From Candidatus Yanofskybacteria bacterium RIFCSPLOWO2_01_FULL_42_49 (GTDB lineage Bacteria > Patescibacteriota > Minisyncoccia > 2-02-FULL-40-12 > GWA2-44-9), in NCBI GenBank assembly GCA_001795615.1, contig MGKI01000006.1, positions 3,636-67,635 on the forward strand: a DNA stretch of 64,000 bases, read 5' to 3'. Made by a program: the position numbers and the translations under genes. Within the stretch, counting starts at the first letter, position 1. Every line of letters begins with the position of its first letter. The notes beneath the pieces are model-generated. The model was not told where the DNA came from. It saw only the letters and a list, made by a program, of their open reading frames with translations, and ran no database searches. Below, one piece after another: positions 29,371-38,885 of the stretch.

Positions 29371-30564
29371 TTACCTCCGCAGACTTCTATAAACAAGATT
29401 TCTTGCCGCATTTAAGAATTTTTGCCGCAAACTGATGTGTTGGACAATGCTTCTCAATTGGCCAATCTCTGTTTTCGGGCTTATCAAGCAATTGCCCGAT
29501 TCCAAACTTTCATAATAACTGTCGGACTTGAGAACAAGCGCAAGAACCACGCCGTATCTACGGCCCAGTTGTTTCTTTTGTTTATCGCTAAGGCCGATGA
29601 GATATTTGCATATTTCTTTAGGGGTCTGGGCATCGAAAACCCTGACTGAACCTTCGGAAAGTTCGGCCAAGATAAACGGCCTGACGAGCTGATAAAGTCT
29701 AGCCGCGGCCAAATCCCGCGTTTCTTTGTTTTCGTCCAGTGACGCAAACTCCTTCTCCAGCGCGTTAAGTCTCTGAAAAAATCTCTTCCTTGCTTTTTTG
29801 AGAGAGATGCTTGGCGTTGCCGTATTGGTAACTTCCTCAACAACGGTTTCAGAAGCATCATTGCCCTCATCTGTCTTTTGAGATTTCGGTTGGCGGTAAA
29901 ACCTAAACAGGACAACTAGGGCCGAAAGGAACATTAGGCCAATAGTTCCATAAGCAATCTGATTTGCCCTGATTGCCATGGTTTCAAAATTATCGAATTG
30001 GATTCCATCTCTTACATTAACAGTCGGCGGCCTAACAACGCTGGTAACATAGACGATGCCAACTTCTTTGGTTGGAAACTCCTGTAACTCTCCAATATCT
30101 TTGACCTCAGCAACGGTAGTGCCGGCTCCTTTTCTGGCCCATATAAAGTTGAACGAGGGTAGTTTATAACTGCCCTTGCGTTCGTTAATTATCAAAAATG
30201 TATAAGTAAAATCTTGTACATTAATGTACCCCGTCTCATCATTGCCATCCCTAATTTTCTCTCCGATGGCAAGACTAACGACTTCGGCCTGAACATTGAT
30301 GACTTCTGGTACCGCTGATTTAGGTTTTTGACCCCCATCTTCTACAAGAAGAGCTAGAGAATTAAGCTGCATCTGATCCTCGATAATAAGCACGGCGTCC
30401 GTATATGTTGCCCGGTAGTTAACTGCGAATGACTCACCTGACTTGACTACACTCGGAATTGGCTTGCCGGTTTCAACGATAATCGGAGACATTTTTTGGG
30501 CGAAAGCTCCGAACGGCGTGGAAATAAGGAATACGAAAGCCAAACCAATCAGTTTGTATGTCAT
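29371..30564 (-). CDS. Signal-peptide + C-terminal TM protein (BatD-like)
   Basis: Operon position, topology. Confidence 0.4.
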   Translation of the reverse strand: MTYKLIGLAFVFLISTPFGAFAQKMSPIIVETGKPIPSVVKSGESFAVNYRATYTDAVLIIEDQMQLNSLALLVEDGGQKPKSAVPEVINVQAEVVSLAIGEKIRDGNDETGYINVQDFTYTFLIINERKGSYKLPSFNFIWARKGAGTTVAEVKDIGELQEFPTKEVGIVYVTSVVRPPTVNVRDGIQFDNFETMAIRANQIAYGTIGLMFLSALVVLFRFYRQPKSQKTDEGNDASETVVEEVTNTATPSISLKKARKRFFQRLNALEKEFASLDENKETRDLAAARLYQLVRPFILAELSEGSVRVFDAQTPKEICKYLIGLSDKQKKQLGRRYGVVLALVLKSDSYYESLESGNCLISPKTEIGQLRSIVQHISLRQKFLNAARNLVYRSLRR

Positions 30565-30634
30565 TTTTCTTCACCAAATTATAAAAGTGCTTGCCAAAGA
30601 TGGTAATTAAAAAAGGCGCCATTGTCAACGCGCC

Positions 30635-31564
30635 TTAAGACCTAAACAATTCTTGCCTAATAAGAAAGAATCTCTGTAGTCTTTGAAAATGTTTGCCGTA
30701 TTCTAAAACGATAGAGTCAATCCCAATTCCTCGCAGTTTCTCTCTTTCAGCTTTTCTTATTTTTCGTATATTGATACCTAGCTCTTTTATCTTCCTGCGA
30801 GCCACGACCGTTTGCTTTCCTGTTTCCATATTTCTCATCTTTAGATGTCCAGCTATACTTTTACTTTCAAATTCAACCGGATCGTCAAGAAAAATAAATA
30901 CCATTTCGTGATGCGATAGTATGTCTTCTAATACTTTGGGGTTGGGTAGGTTTTGTAATCCTATGAAGTCCGAAACAACTATTATAAGGCAGTTAGTATT
31001 AACATAAGTCCTCATAAGAAAGTCAAATGCGTTATAAAAATCAGTTCTGCGTCTATCCAACTTCCCCTTACCATCTGAATAAAAACCGTTAAATAATTCG
31101 TATAACTGTTCAGTCAGATAAAAAACATGGTCTTCTCCAACCTTAGGCAATTCATTAATAACAACATCCTCGGCAAAACCAATCAGTCCCATTGGATCTT
31201 GGGCGTGAAAACAAGCTAATCCTATATCCCCCAGGGTCTCAAGAAGCATCCTTTCTTTATGCTGGCAATCCCTAACTCCAAACGCCATAGAAGTCGAGAG
31301 ATCAGCCATCATTATAACGGAAAAATCCTTTGTAACCTTAGACTCCCTTACGAATACTTTATCTCTGGTCATAGACCGCCAATCAATTTGAGCGATAGAA
31401 TGAACCTGCGGATCATACTCCACCACTCTATCAAAATCATGGCCATCTCCCCTAAATTGACTTCTGTGTTCACCAAATCGAATACTTCTAGACGGCAATT
31501 CGATCGGCAAGGTGTCAGCCGCCCGATAAACACTCGAAAATACTTCTTCGAGGGTAAATGTCAT
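30635..31564 (-). CDS. DUF58-family protein (MoxR partner)
   Basis: Start overlaps moxR stop by 1 nt; DUF58-like pattern. Confidence 0.65.
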   Translation of the reverse strand: MTFTLEEVFSSVYRAADTLPIELPSRSIRFGEHRSQFRGDGHDFDRVVEYDPQVHSIAQIDWRSMTRDKVFVRESKVTKDFSVIMMADLSTSMAFGVRDCQHKERMLLETLGDIGLACFHAQDPMGLIGFAEDVVINELPKVGEDHVFYLTEQLYELFNGFYSDGKGKLDRRRTDFYNAFDFLMRTYVNTNCLIIVVSDFIGLQNLPNPKVLEDILSHHEMVFIFLDDPVEFESKSIAGHLKMRNMETGKQTVVARRKIKELGINIRKIRKAEREKLRGIGIDSIVLEYGKHFQRLQRFFLIRQELFRS

Positions 31565-32742
31565 TATGGCAGAGGCGTCAAACGCAAAATTTCTTCAACG
31601 ACATCATGCTGTTTAATGCCACGGCCTTTAGCCAACGGCTTTAACATTATTCTATGAGCCATAACAAGACGCGCCACATCTTTAATGTCGTCAACGGAAA
31701 TATAATTTCTTTGCCTGAAGAAAGCGAGGGTTCTGGCAACTGCTTCGAAATGAAAGTTAGCTCGAGGCGACAAGCCGGCTTTAACATAATTATCGATAAA
31801 CTTTTGTAACTTTTCCGGAGAATGAATGCGTCTTTCTTCTTTATTCTTTTCTCTGGGTCTTGAATTTTCTACAAGTCGTTGTAGCAACTCGTTGGCAGAA
31901 TCATCAGGAAGTTCGTTGATTGGTCTCACGTCTTTGATAATGAAGCCGGTCATGTTCCAGACTTCGGAAAGATTTGTAGCCTTTTGGACCATTGGACTAG
32001 CATTTTCATCGTAAGGGTTGTAAACACTCGTCAAACGAATTCTCTTTTCATCTTCTCTTTTTGGAAGATCAATACTTCGACATGTAGTAAATCGATCTAG
32101 CTGTGCTTCCGGAATAGGATAAGTTCCCTCTTGTTCAAACGGATTACCTGTACCAACAATCCAGGAGATGCATCTTTTTTCTTCTGATTTGTCGGAAATA
32201 GGTACCAAACGCTTAACTTGACTAACAATTCTCTTGAGAACGGCGTCCATGCGGCTGGCAATGGCCACTCTCTCTTCCATAACCTGAAGAAGACAAGCCT
32301 GGGTTTTTGGATGACCACGGCTAATTTCGTCAGCCAAGACAATGTGAGATGAACAAATCGGCCCTTCGGCAAAGTAAAAAGAACCGGAGGATGGATCGTA
32401 AATATCAGCACCGATAAGGTCGCTTACTTTCATTTCTGGATTAAACGGAATAAAAGAAAACTTGCCATCAATAGCACTGGCGATAGTAACCGCAGAGTCA
32501 GTTTTACCAACCCCTGGCGCAGCCATTAACAAAGTAGGCGGTTTGCCTATTCTTTTGCGGCCATTTTCTGAATAAGGAACTCCCGTCAGAAGGTCTCTAA
32601 TAAGGCCTTCCCCAGTAGAGTCAAGGCCAATAAGTATTTTTCTATACTCCGCTAAAATAGCGGCGGCCTTTTCAAGACAGAAGTCTCTATTGACTTCTTC
32701 CTTTTTCTTAAACATGTCAGTCTCCTGTCTCTTGGTTTTCAA
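31564..32742 (-). CDS. MoxR-family AAA+ ATPase
   Basis: Walker A LLMAAPGVGKTD, Walker B VLADEISR, C-terminal SPRA...HRIML. Confidence 0.85.
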   Translation of the reverse strand: MKTKRQETDMFKKKEEVNRDFCLEKAAAILAEYRKILIGLDSTGEGLIRDLLTGVPYSENGRKRIGKPPTLLMAAPGVGKTDSAVTIASAIDGKFSFIPFNPEMKVSDLIGADIYDPSSGSFYFAEGPICSSHIVLADEISRGHPKTQACLLQVMEERVAIASRMDAVLKRIVSQVKRLVPISDKSEEKRCISWIVGTGNPFEQEGTYPIPEAQLDRFTTCRSIDLPKREDEKRIRLTSVYNPYDENASPMVQKATNLSEVWNMTGFIIKDVRPINELPDDSANELLQRLVENSRPREKNKEERRIHSPEKLQKFIDNYVKAGLSPRANFHFEAVARTLAFFRQRNYISVDDIKDVARLVMAHRIMLKPLAKGRGIKQHDVVEEILRLTPLP

Positions 32743-32810
32743 TGTGCTTTTGTTTACAAAGAGTAAATAAAAAAGAACGGGTCGTCAATCCCGCTCTTTG
32801 CAAGGTTAAT

Positions 32811-33752
32811 TTATCGCATCCGTCTCGCATACTCAGTCTCATCGGCAACCGACTCTATGGGAGTAATCATCATGGTATTAGAGACCATGGGGGGCATACC
32901 GCACGGACTGACTAAATCGCCATTTTCATCGTAGTCCAGAATTACCGGCCTTTCAGCGGTAACTATTCCGACTGCTTCCGGCTCCCCGTCTTTGTTTAAC
33001 CTGACCGCCACCCCGCCGCTTAAACCGCCGAAAGAAAATTTATGATTTCTTGAGGTCTCAACTCTAAAATATGAGTTGGCATCGTATTTTAATTTGTCCA
33101 TGGGACTGTCCCCTTGGTCATCTATTTTGATATGTAGGCCAAGCTCAACCACCTTTGCCTCCAGACTGTCAAACACTATTTCGGTATCCACACATTCGTT
33201 TCCGGCCCGAAGTTCATAAAATGTTCTGAATATGGGCATAACCGTGTCCTTGAATCCTTCTCTCTCATTTGCATCTCTTATCTCTTTAGGGTGAGGATGG
33301 AGACCTTGAATAAACAGCTTATCGCCAATTTTGACTTTTTCTGTCGCTATTTTATATGGTTTTGGCAGTTCCGAGGAGTTGAACGGGCTGGTAAGCTTAA
33401 GGACGACAGCGTCCCTTAGAGGTGGCACTCTGGCGACCACACAATCATAAACCCTCCCATATAAAAATATCTTGCACTCACTGCCACCCAACTCGATACG
33501 GTCATTCAGGAAAGCATCAACAACATGCTTCGCGCTGAACAGAACGCCGTTTCCTCCATCAATCAGCCAAGCCGAACCCATGACTTTGGCCTTGCCGGCC
33601 CACTCATTTACTAAAAACGCCACGGGCACATTTATCCCTCCGGGGAAGATGCCGTGCTTGCGGTAAATATTTTCAACAGGGGGTGGACTGCAGTTGATAG
33701 CCAGTAGCAAATAGCCAATAGCGAACAGAGAGAAAACTTTTCTGCTTAACAT
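32811..33752 (-). CDS. Trypsin-like (S1) serine peptidase, probable lipoprotein
   Basis: LAINCS lipobox-like, His region FSAKHVV, Ser region GGLSGGV. Confidence 0.6.
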   Translation of the reverse strand: MLSRKVFSLFAIGYLLLAINCSPPPVENIYRKHGIFPGGINVPVAFLVNEWAGKAKVMGSAWLIDGGNGVLFSAKHVVDAFLNDRIELGGSECKIFLYGRVYDCVVARVPPLRDAVVLKLTSPFNSSELPKPYKIATEKVKIGDKLFIQGLHPHPKEIRDANEREGFKDTVMPIFRTFYELRAGNECVDTEIVFDSLEAKVVELGLHIKIDDQGDSPMDKLKYDANSYFRVETSRNHKFSFGGLSGGVAVRLNKDGEPEAVGIVTAERPVILDYDENGDLVSPCGMPPMVSNTMMITPIESVADETEYARRMR

Positions 33753-34516
33753 TATTGCACCGCCAATCTTGATTTTATAGAACTGGGCATAGGATACATC
33801 GGTTCATACTCTTGCACAAGAATATTTTTTATAATTCCGTAGTGAATCGGAAAATTATCTTTTAAATACTCCGGCCATAATACATACAAGGCGAAGGTCT
33901 CGGCAAAATCTTCACCCCGCCCTTGCTCTCGACTATAGAGAGTCACCTCTCCCTCCATAGCTCCATCTACCACCCAATAAACACGGGGAGTTGACTCGAT
34001 AATCGGCACATTATTGGTTCCGTCCCAGCCCCAAAACGCCTGACCCTGCGACTCAATACGGTAAATGTCGAGAATATTCAATTCGCGCCCGAAACTATAC
34101 ATGTGGCCCATTTCGTGTAAAGCCACAAAAACTCTTTCTGATTCTTCAAAACCATTCTCATTAAACGATTCCCAGTTCATCCAACCTGGCCCTTCTGTAA
34201 TTGGCATCGGCAGAAGATTGATTAATCCCGGATTGCCCGTCACCCAATCATTCGTATTAATCCTGAAACGCCATGTTTGAGTTCCAACCTCTCTCAAGAA
34301 AGGCCCCGGGAGCATGTTAGCAGCTTTTTTTATAGACCCTACCCAATCATCCATTCCAAGGGCTTTAAATGTGTCAAGTTCCAATTGATTATCCGGATAC
34401 ACAAACACCGCGTACTCAAGGTTGTCGGATGCCGGAGTAGCTTGTTCTGGAACCTGACCGTAAACCGCAGAGATAAATCCGAAAATTAACACCAGCACCG
34501 CTGTCCATGTTTTCAT
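33752..34516 (-). CDS. Secreted HEXXH zinc metallopeptidase
   Basis: Signal peptide, VALHEMGHMYSFG. Confidence 0.55.
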   Translation of the reverse strand: MKTWTAVLVLIFGFISAVYGQVPEQATPASDNLEYAVFVYPDNQLELDTFKALGMDDWVGSIKKAANMLPGPFLREVGTQTWRFRINTNDWVTGNPGLINLLPMPITEGPGWMNWESFNENGFEESERVFVALHEMGHMYSFGRELNILDIYRIESQGQAFWGWDGTNNVPIIESTPRVYWVVDGAMEGEVTLYSREQGRGEDFAETFALYVLWPEYLKDNFPIHYGIIKNILVQEYEPMYPMPSSIKSRLAVQ

Positions 34517-34570
34517 TATTTTCTCTCAAGTTATTAAAGTTCTTGAACAAGAGTAAAACAAGTTTTATGG

Positions 34571-36061
34571 ATGTTGTCAAACCCTAGTTTTAGCGTTATG
34601 TTTCAGCCCATGACAACCGAGCAATTGAAACTTGTGTGGAAAAACTTACCGGAAAAAACTGGTATTTATTTGTTTCAAGGCGCCAATAACAAGCCCCTTT
34701 ATATAGGCAAGGCGCTGAATTTAAAAACCCGGGTTAGCCAATATGTGAAAACCGGCGATTTAAGATTGCAAAAAATGGTGTCCCTGGCAAAAGACATAAA
34801 AGTAATTGAAACAGGATCCGATATAGGGGCGCTGATCTTGGAGTCCCAGCTTATCAAAAAACACAAACCCGCATTCAACATAATGCTCCGCGACGATAAA
34901 CAATACTTCTATGTGATTTTCACGAAAGAAAAATTTCCCAAAATTTTTCTTTCGCATCAGCCATCAGCTATTAGCCATAAGCCATTAACCAGCATTGGCC
35001 CTTTCACCGACGGCACAGCCCTCAAAACCACCCTTCGTTACCTAAGGCGGGTATTCCCCTACTGCACCTGCAAGAAACCTCATAACAACTTCTGTCTTAA
35101 TTATCATATAGGAAAATGCGCCGGCATTTGTTGCTTAAAGCAACAAAGCCGAATTTACAATTTTTCCCGATGGCAAAGCCATCGAGGATCCTCGACAAAG
35201 TCGGGACAACTTTTCCGCCAAAGGCGGATCCGCCTCTGGCGGACAATTTCCAAAGAAAAAGAATACGGAAGAAACGTTAAGGCCGTTAAAGATATTTTAA
35301 ATGGAGAAAAAACATCTTTGTTAAAAAAACTTGAAAAAGAAATGGTCGCTTTGGGCAAAAAAGAAGAATTCGACAAAGCCATAGAGACGAGGAATAAAAT
35401 AGATAAAATAAAGAGAGTGTTTGAAAACGCCAGCATTATCCAAAATATCCCATACTATGATATATCAAATAATCACAATGAGCGTGCGTTATTGGAACTG
35501 AAGAAATTTTTGAAACTGAAACAACTGCCGCACCATATTGAAGGATATGATGTGGCGAATATTCAGGGCAAATATGCCGTCGGGGCGATGGTCTTATTCA
35601 CCGACGGTAAACCTGATAAATCAGGTTACCGTCGGTTCAAAATTCTAAATCCTAAATCCGAAACTCTAAACAAATTTCAAATTCTAAATTCCAAATTCAA
35701 AACAGGCGGAGATGTGGGAATGCTTAAAGAAATTCTAACTCGCAGATTCCGCCATCCGGAGTGGTCGCTACCGGACTTGATTGTTATTGATGGCGGGAAA
35801 GCACAACTTAACACAGCGTTGGCTGTGTTAAGAGAATTAAGAATAATGAATAATGAATTACGAATAACCGCACTGACTAAAGACGAGAGGCATCGAGGCA
35901 GTAAAATTTTTATCGCCGGCAAGAAAAACGCGATTCCCCTTTCACGGTTACCGATATCGGTAAAAAATCTGCTTCTCCAAGTTAACGCCGAGGCACATAG
36001 GTTTGCGATAGGATATTACAGACAACTGCACAGAAGGTCCATTGAAACGAGAAATTTTTAA
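34571..36061 (+). CDS. uvrC: Excinuclease ABC subunit C, shortened form (GIY-YIG, Cys region, UVR, RNase H-like endonuclease; no HhH) with two in-frame repeat insertions
   Basis: GIYLFQG...YIGKA, GKCAGIC, UVR-like EKEMVALGKKEEFDKAIETRNKI, YRRFKI...GGDVGMLKEILTRRF; insertions at 35213-35243 and 35638-35702. Confidence 0.8.
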   Translation: MLSNPSFSVMFQPMTTEQLKLVWKNLPEKTGIYLFQGANNKPLYIGKALNLKTRVSQYVKTGDLRLQKMVSLAKDIKVIETGSDIGALILESQLIKKHKPAFNIMLRDDKQYFYVIFTKEKFPKIFLSHQPSAISHKPLTSIGPFTDGTALKTTLRYLRRVFPYCTCKKPHNNFCLNYHIGKCAGICCLKQQSRIYNFSRWQSHRGSSTKSGQLFRQRRIRLWRTISKEKEYGRNVKAVKDILNGEKTSLLKKLEKEMVALGKKEEFDKAIETRNKIDKIKRVFENASIIQNIPYYDISNNHNERALLELKKFLKLKQLPHHIEGYDVANIQGKYAVGAMVLFTDGKPDKSGYRRFKILNPKSETLNKFQILNSKFKTGGDVGMLKEILTRRFRHPEWSLPDLIVIDGGKAQLNTALAVLRELRIMNNELRITALTKDERHRGSKIFIAGKKNAIPLSRLPISVKNLLLQVNAEAHRFAIGYYRQLHRRSIETRNF

Positions 36062-36082
36062 TGCTATGATAGGATTGTAATT

Positions 36083-36433
36083 ATGCTTGGTTTTCTTATT
36101 AGAATCTTAGGCAATTCTGTGGCCATCTATGCTGCTTTTTCGTTTGTACCTGGATTTGTGATTAACGGTGGCATCAAAGAATTCTTGCTTGCTGGCATAC
36201 TTTTAGGATTTCTGAACAAGATAGTCAAGCCGCCGATTAAGCTCCTGACCATGCCGCTCATAATACTGACACTGGGGCTCTTCCTTGTAGTTATTAACGC
36301 TCTTATGCTATGGTTGGTTGACTATACGTTTAATTTTGTGATCATAGAGAGCATAACGGCCTTGGTGTGGGCAACGATTATCGTGGCCATAGTAAATGCG
36401 ATAATGGCGGCGTTTAGCAAGATAATAGATTAA
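36083..36433 (+). CDS. Small 4-TM membrane protein (DUF360/phage-holin-4-like)
   Basis: Hydrophobicity pattern, 116 aa. Confidence 0.35.
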   Translation: MLGFLIRILGNSVAIYAAFSFVPGFVINGGIKEFLLAGILLGFLNKIVKPPIKLLTMPLIILTLGLFLVVINALMLWLVDYTFNFVIIESITALVWATIIVAIVNAIMAAFSKIID

Positions 36434-36439
36434 AATTGA

Positions 36440-36590
36440 CCTAAATATTCTAAATTAACCTAATTGACCTAAATAATTCGCCAGCTGGCGAACCAATGCC
36501 TCAATGACTAAATCGTTTTGGACATTTAGAGATTGGGTATTGGGTATTATTTAGAATAATTAGAGCAATTAGAATAATTAGAATAATTTT
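36440..36590. repeat. Heptamer-family palindromic intergenic element with central CGCCAGCTGGCG hairpin
   Basis: ctaaatattctaaattaacc ... cgccagctggcg ... atttagaataattagaataattagaataatt. Confidence 0.5.
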
Positions 36591-36803
36591 ATGAACACCA
36601 TCTTAACCTATTCCCAAATAATCTTAGCCCTACTGCTTACCGCAGCTGTTTTGGTTCAGCAAAAAGGAAGCGGGTTATCCTCCGCTTTTGGAGGAAGTGG
36701 CGCAGAATACAGCACAAAGAGAGGTGCGGAAAAATTCTTTTTTTACGCCACAATAGTTTTGGCCATACTCTTTTTAACCCTTTCGGTTCTAAGAATCATT
36801 TAA
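36591..36803 (+). CDS. secG: Preprotein translocase subunit SecG
   Basis: LLTAAVLVQQKGSGLSSAFGGSG pattern, 2 TM. Confidence 0.75.
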   Translation: MNTILTYSQIILALLLTAAVLVQQKGSGLSSAFGGSGAEYSTKRGAEKFFFYATIVLAILFLTLSVLRII

Positions 36804-36850
36804 GTGTAGTGCAAATCCGCAAATGACATGCGAATACCACTAATATTTAT

Positions 36851-38698
36851 TTGCGGCATTCGCGCAGATTTGTAGTTTTGCATTATGTGGACGTGAATAA
36901 TAACAACCAACTTGATGATTTCTTCGGCTTGAAAAACAAAGAAGACGACAAAAGACCAAGCATAAGAGAGACTATCGCTCAAAAAATTCAAAGCAAGCTC
37001 CGAATACGACTCATTCCAAAAGTCCTTTCGACTAAAGAAAGGTATGTTGTCGTTGCTCTGATTCTTATAGTGTTGGGCTCTGTCACCGCAATTCCCTTCA
37101 CCACCTATTTTCATTTCACCAAAGAAGCTCCCGACTACGGGGGCAAATTCACCGAAGGAATGGTGAACGAGCCGCGCCACATAAATCCTCTTTTGTCACA
37201 GGCAAACGACACCGACAGGGATCTCGTATCGCTGATATATTCCGGACTGCTTAAATATAACGGCGAGGGTAAAATTATACCGGACATGGCCCAGTCGTAT
37301 GAAATCTCAAGCGATGGTCTGAATTACACTGTTTACCTAAAAGAAAACGCCCGCTGGCACAACGAAGAAAAAGTTACCGCCGACGATATAATATTCACGA
37401 TTCAGATAGCCCAAAATTCCGACTACGGAAGTCCCCAGCGGATCAATTGGCAGGGGGTAGAAGTGGAAAGAGTGAATGATTTTGCCGTAATGTTTAAGCT
37501 CCAGAACAAATACGCCCAGTTTCTCAACAACCTTACCGTAAAGATACTGCCCAAACACATATGGCAGGACATAAAACCGATTAACTTTGCTCTTTCTGAA
37601 TTTAACCTGAAACCAATCGGTTCTGGTCCGTATATATTTGACCGTCTTAAGAAAGACAGCGACGGAAAAATACGATCCTACAATTTAAAAACAAACAAGG
37701 ATTTTTACGGGGGCAGACCGTTTATCGACGAAATAGAGCTTAAGTTTTATGGTTCTGAGGACGAAATGATTGAGGCTTACAATAGAAGCGAGATAGAAAG
37801 TTTAAGCTTCATTTCGCCTGATAACTTAAAAAGGGTTAAATTTAAGCATCGCCTTAACTTAAGAGAATTGAAATTACCCCGTTATTTCGCCGTCTTTTTC
37901 AATCAAAACAAAAGCACCGTCTTGTCAGACAAAAATGTCCGTCTGGCTTTAACCCATGCCACCAACAAGGAAGCTCTGCTAAATCTTGTCCTTGAGAAAC
38001 AAGGCATAGCCGTTGATTCTCCAATGATGGGAGGGGTGCTAGATGTCCCCAACAATGTCAAAAAATACGAGTATGACCTTGAGTTGGCAAAAAAAATACT
38101 TGAGACGGCGGGCTGGGTTCCTTCGCCAAAGCCAAATAGCGAAGGCAAACTCACAGGCGAAGACAATATTTTAGCAAAAAAGGACCAGAAGCTGGCAGTT
38201 AAAATAACCACCTCAACATGGCCCGAACTTACAGAAGTTGCTAAAATATTAAAAGAACAGTGGGGGGTGCTTGGGGTTGATGTGTCTATAGAAGTATTGC
38301 CTACGCCGGAGCTTCAGCAAGCAATAAAGGACAGAAATTATGAGTCACTACTTTTTGGAGCAGTGCTAAACATAGACCCCGATCCGTTCAGTTTGTGGCA
38401 TTCCTCCCAAAAAAGAGACCCAGGGTTAAACCTTTCACTTTATGATAACAAAGCCGCCGATACTCTCCTTGAGGATGCCCGACAAACTCTTAATCCCCTT
38501 GAACGAGCAAAAAAATATGACGATTTTCAAAAATTAGTAATAGAAGACATTCCCGCCTTGTTTCTTTATAATCCCTTCTACGTCCACGGCCAAGCTAAAA
38601 AAGTAAAGGGGTCCAACGGCAAACTTATATCATTGCCCTCGGATAGGTTTATAAATATTGAAGGGTGGTATATAGATACGAAACGTGTCTGGAAGTAA
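36851..38698 (+). CDS. ABC transporter substrate-binding protein, family 5 (Opp/Dpp-like), membrane-anchored; start uncertain
   Basis: SBP_bac_5-like pattern; first ~15 codons lie in an imperfect inverted repeat so true start may be downstream. Confidence 0.65.
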   Translation: MRHSRRFVVLHYVDVNNNNQLDDFFGLKNKEDDKRPSIRETIAQKIQSKLRIRLIPKVLSTKERYVVVALILIVLGSVTAIPFTTYFHFTKEAPDYGGKFTEGMVNEPRHINPLLSQANDTDRDLVSLIYSGLLKYNGEGKIIPDMAQSYEISSDGLNYTVYLKENARWHNEEKVTADDIIFTIQIAQNSDYGSPQRINWQGVEVERVNDFAVMFKLQNKYAQFLNNLTVKILPKHIWQDIKPINFALSEFNLKPIGSGPYIFDRLKKDSDGKIRSYNLKTNKDFYGGRPFIDEIELKFYGSEDEMIEAYNRSEIESLSFISPDNLKRVKFKHRLNLRELKLPRYFAVFFNQNKSTVLSDKNVRLALTHATNKEALLNLVLEKQGIAVDSPMMGGVLDVPNNVKKYEYDLELAKKILETAGWVPSPKPNSEGKLTGEDNILAKKDQKLAVKITTSTWPELTEVAKILKEQWGVLGVDVSIEVLPTPELQQAIKDRNYESLLFGAVLNIDPDPFSLWHSSQKRDPGLNLSLYDNKAADTLLEDARQTLNPLERAKKYDDFQKLVIEDIPALFLYNPFYVHGQAKKVKGSNGKLISLPSDRFINIEGWYIDTKRVWK

Positions 38699-38885
38699 AA
38701 CTCTAAATTCTAAATCCTAATCTCTAAATAATATCAAATATCAAAATCCGAAACACAAACAAAATGTCTAATTACTAATTCCTAATTTCTAATTAAATGT
38801 TAAATGTTAAATTTCAAAAAATTAAGACATTAAAGCATTGGGGATTTTATTAGAAATTAGATATTAGAAATTAGAAATTTAAACC
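38699..38885. repeat. Heptamer-family AT-rich intergenic element
   Basis: ctctaaattctaaatcctaatctctaaataatatcaaatatcaaaa ... ttagaaattagatattagaaattagaaattt. Confidence 0.5.
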
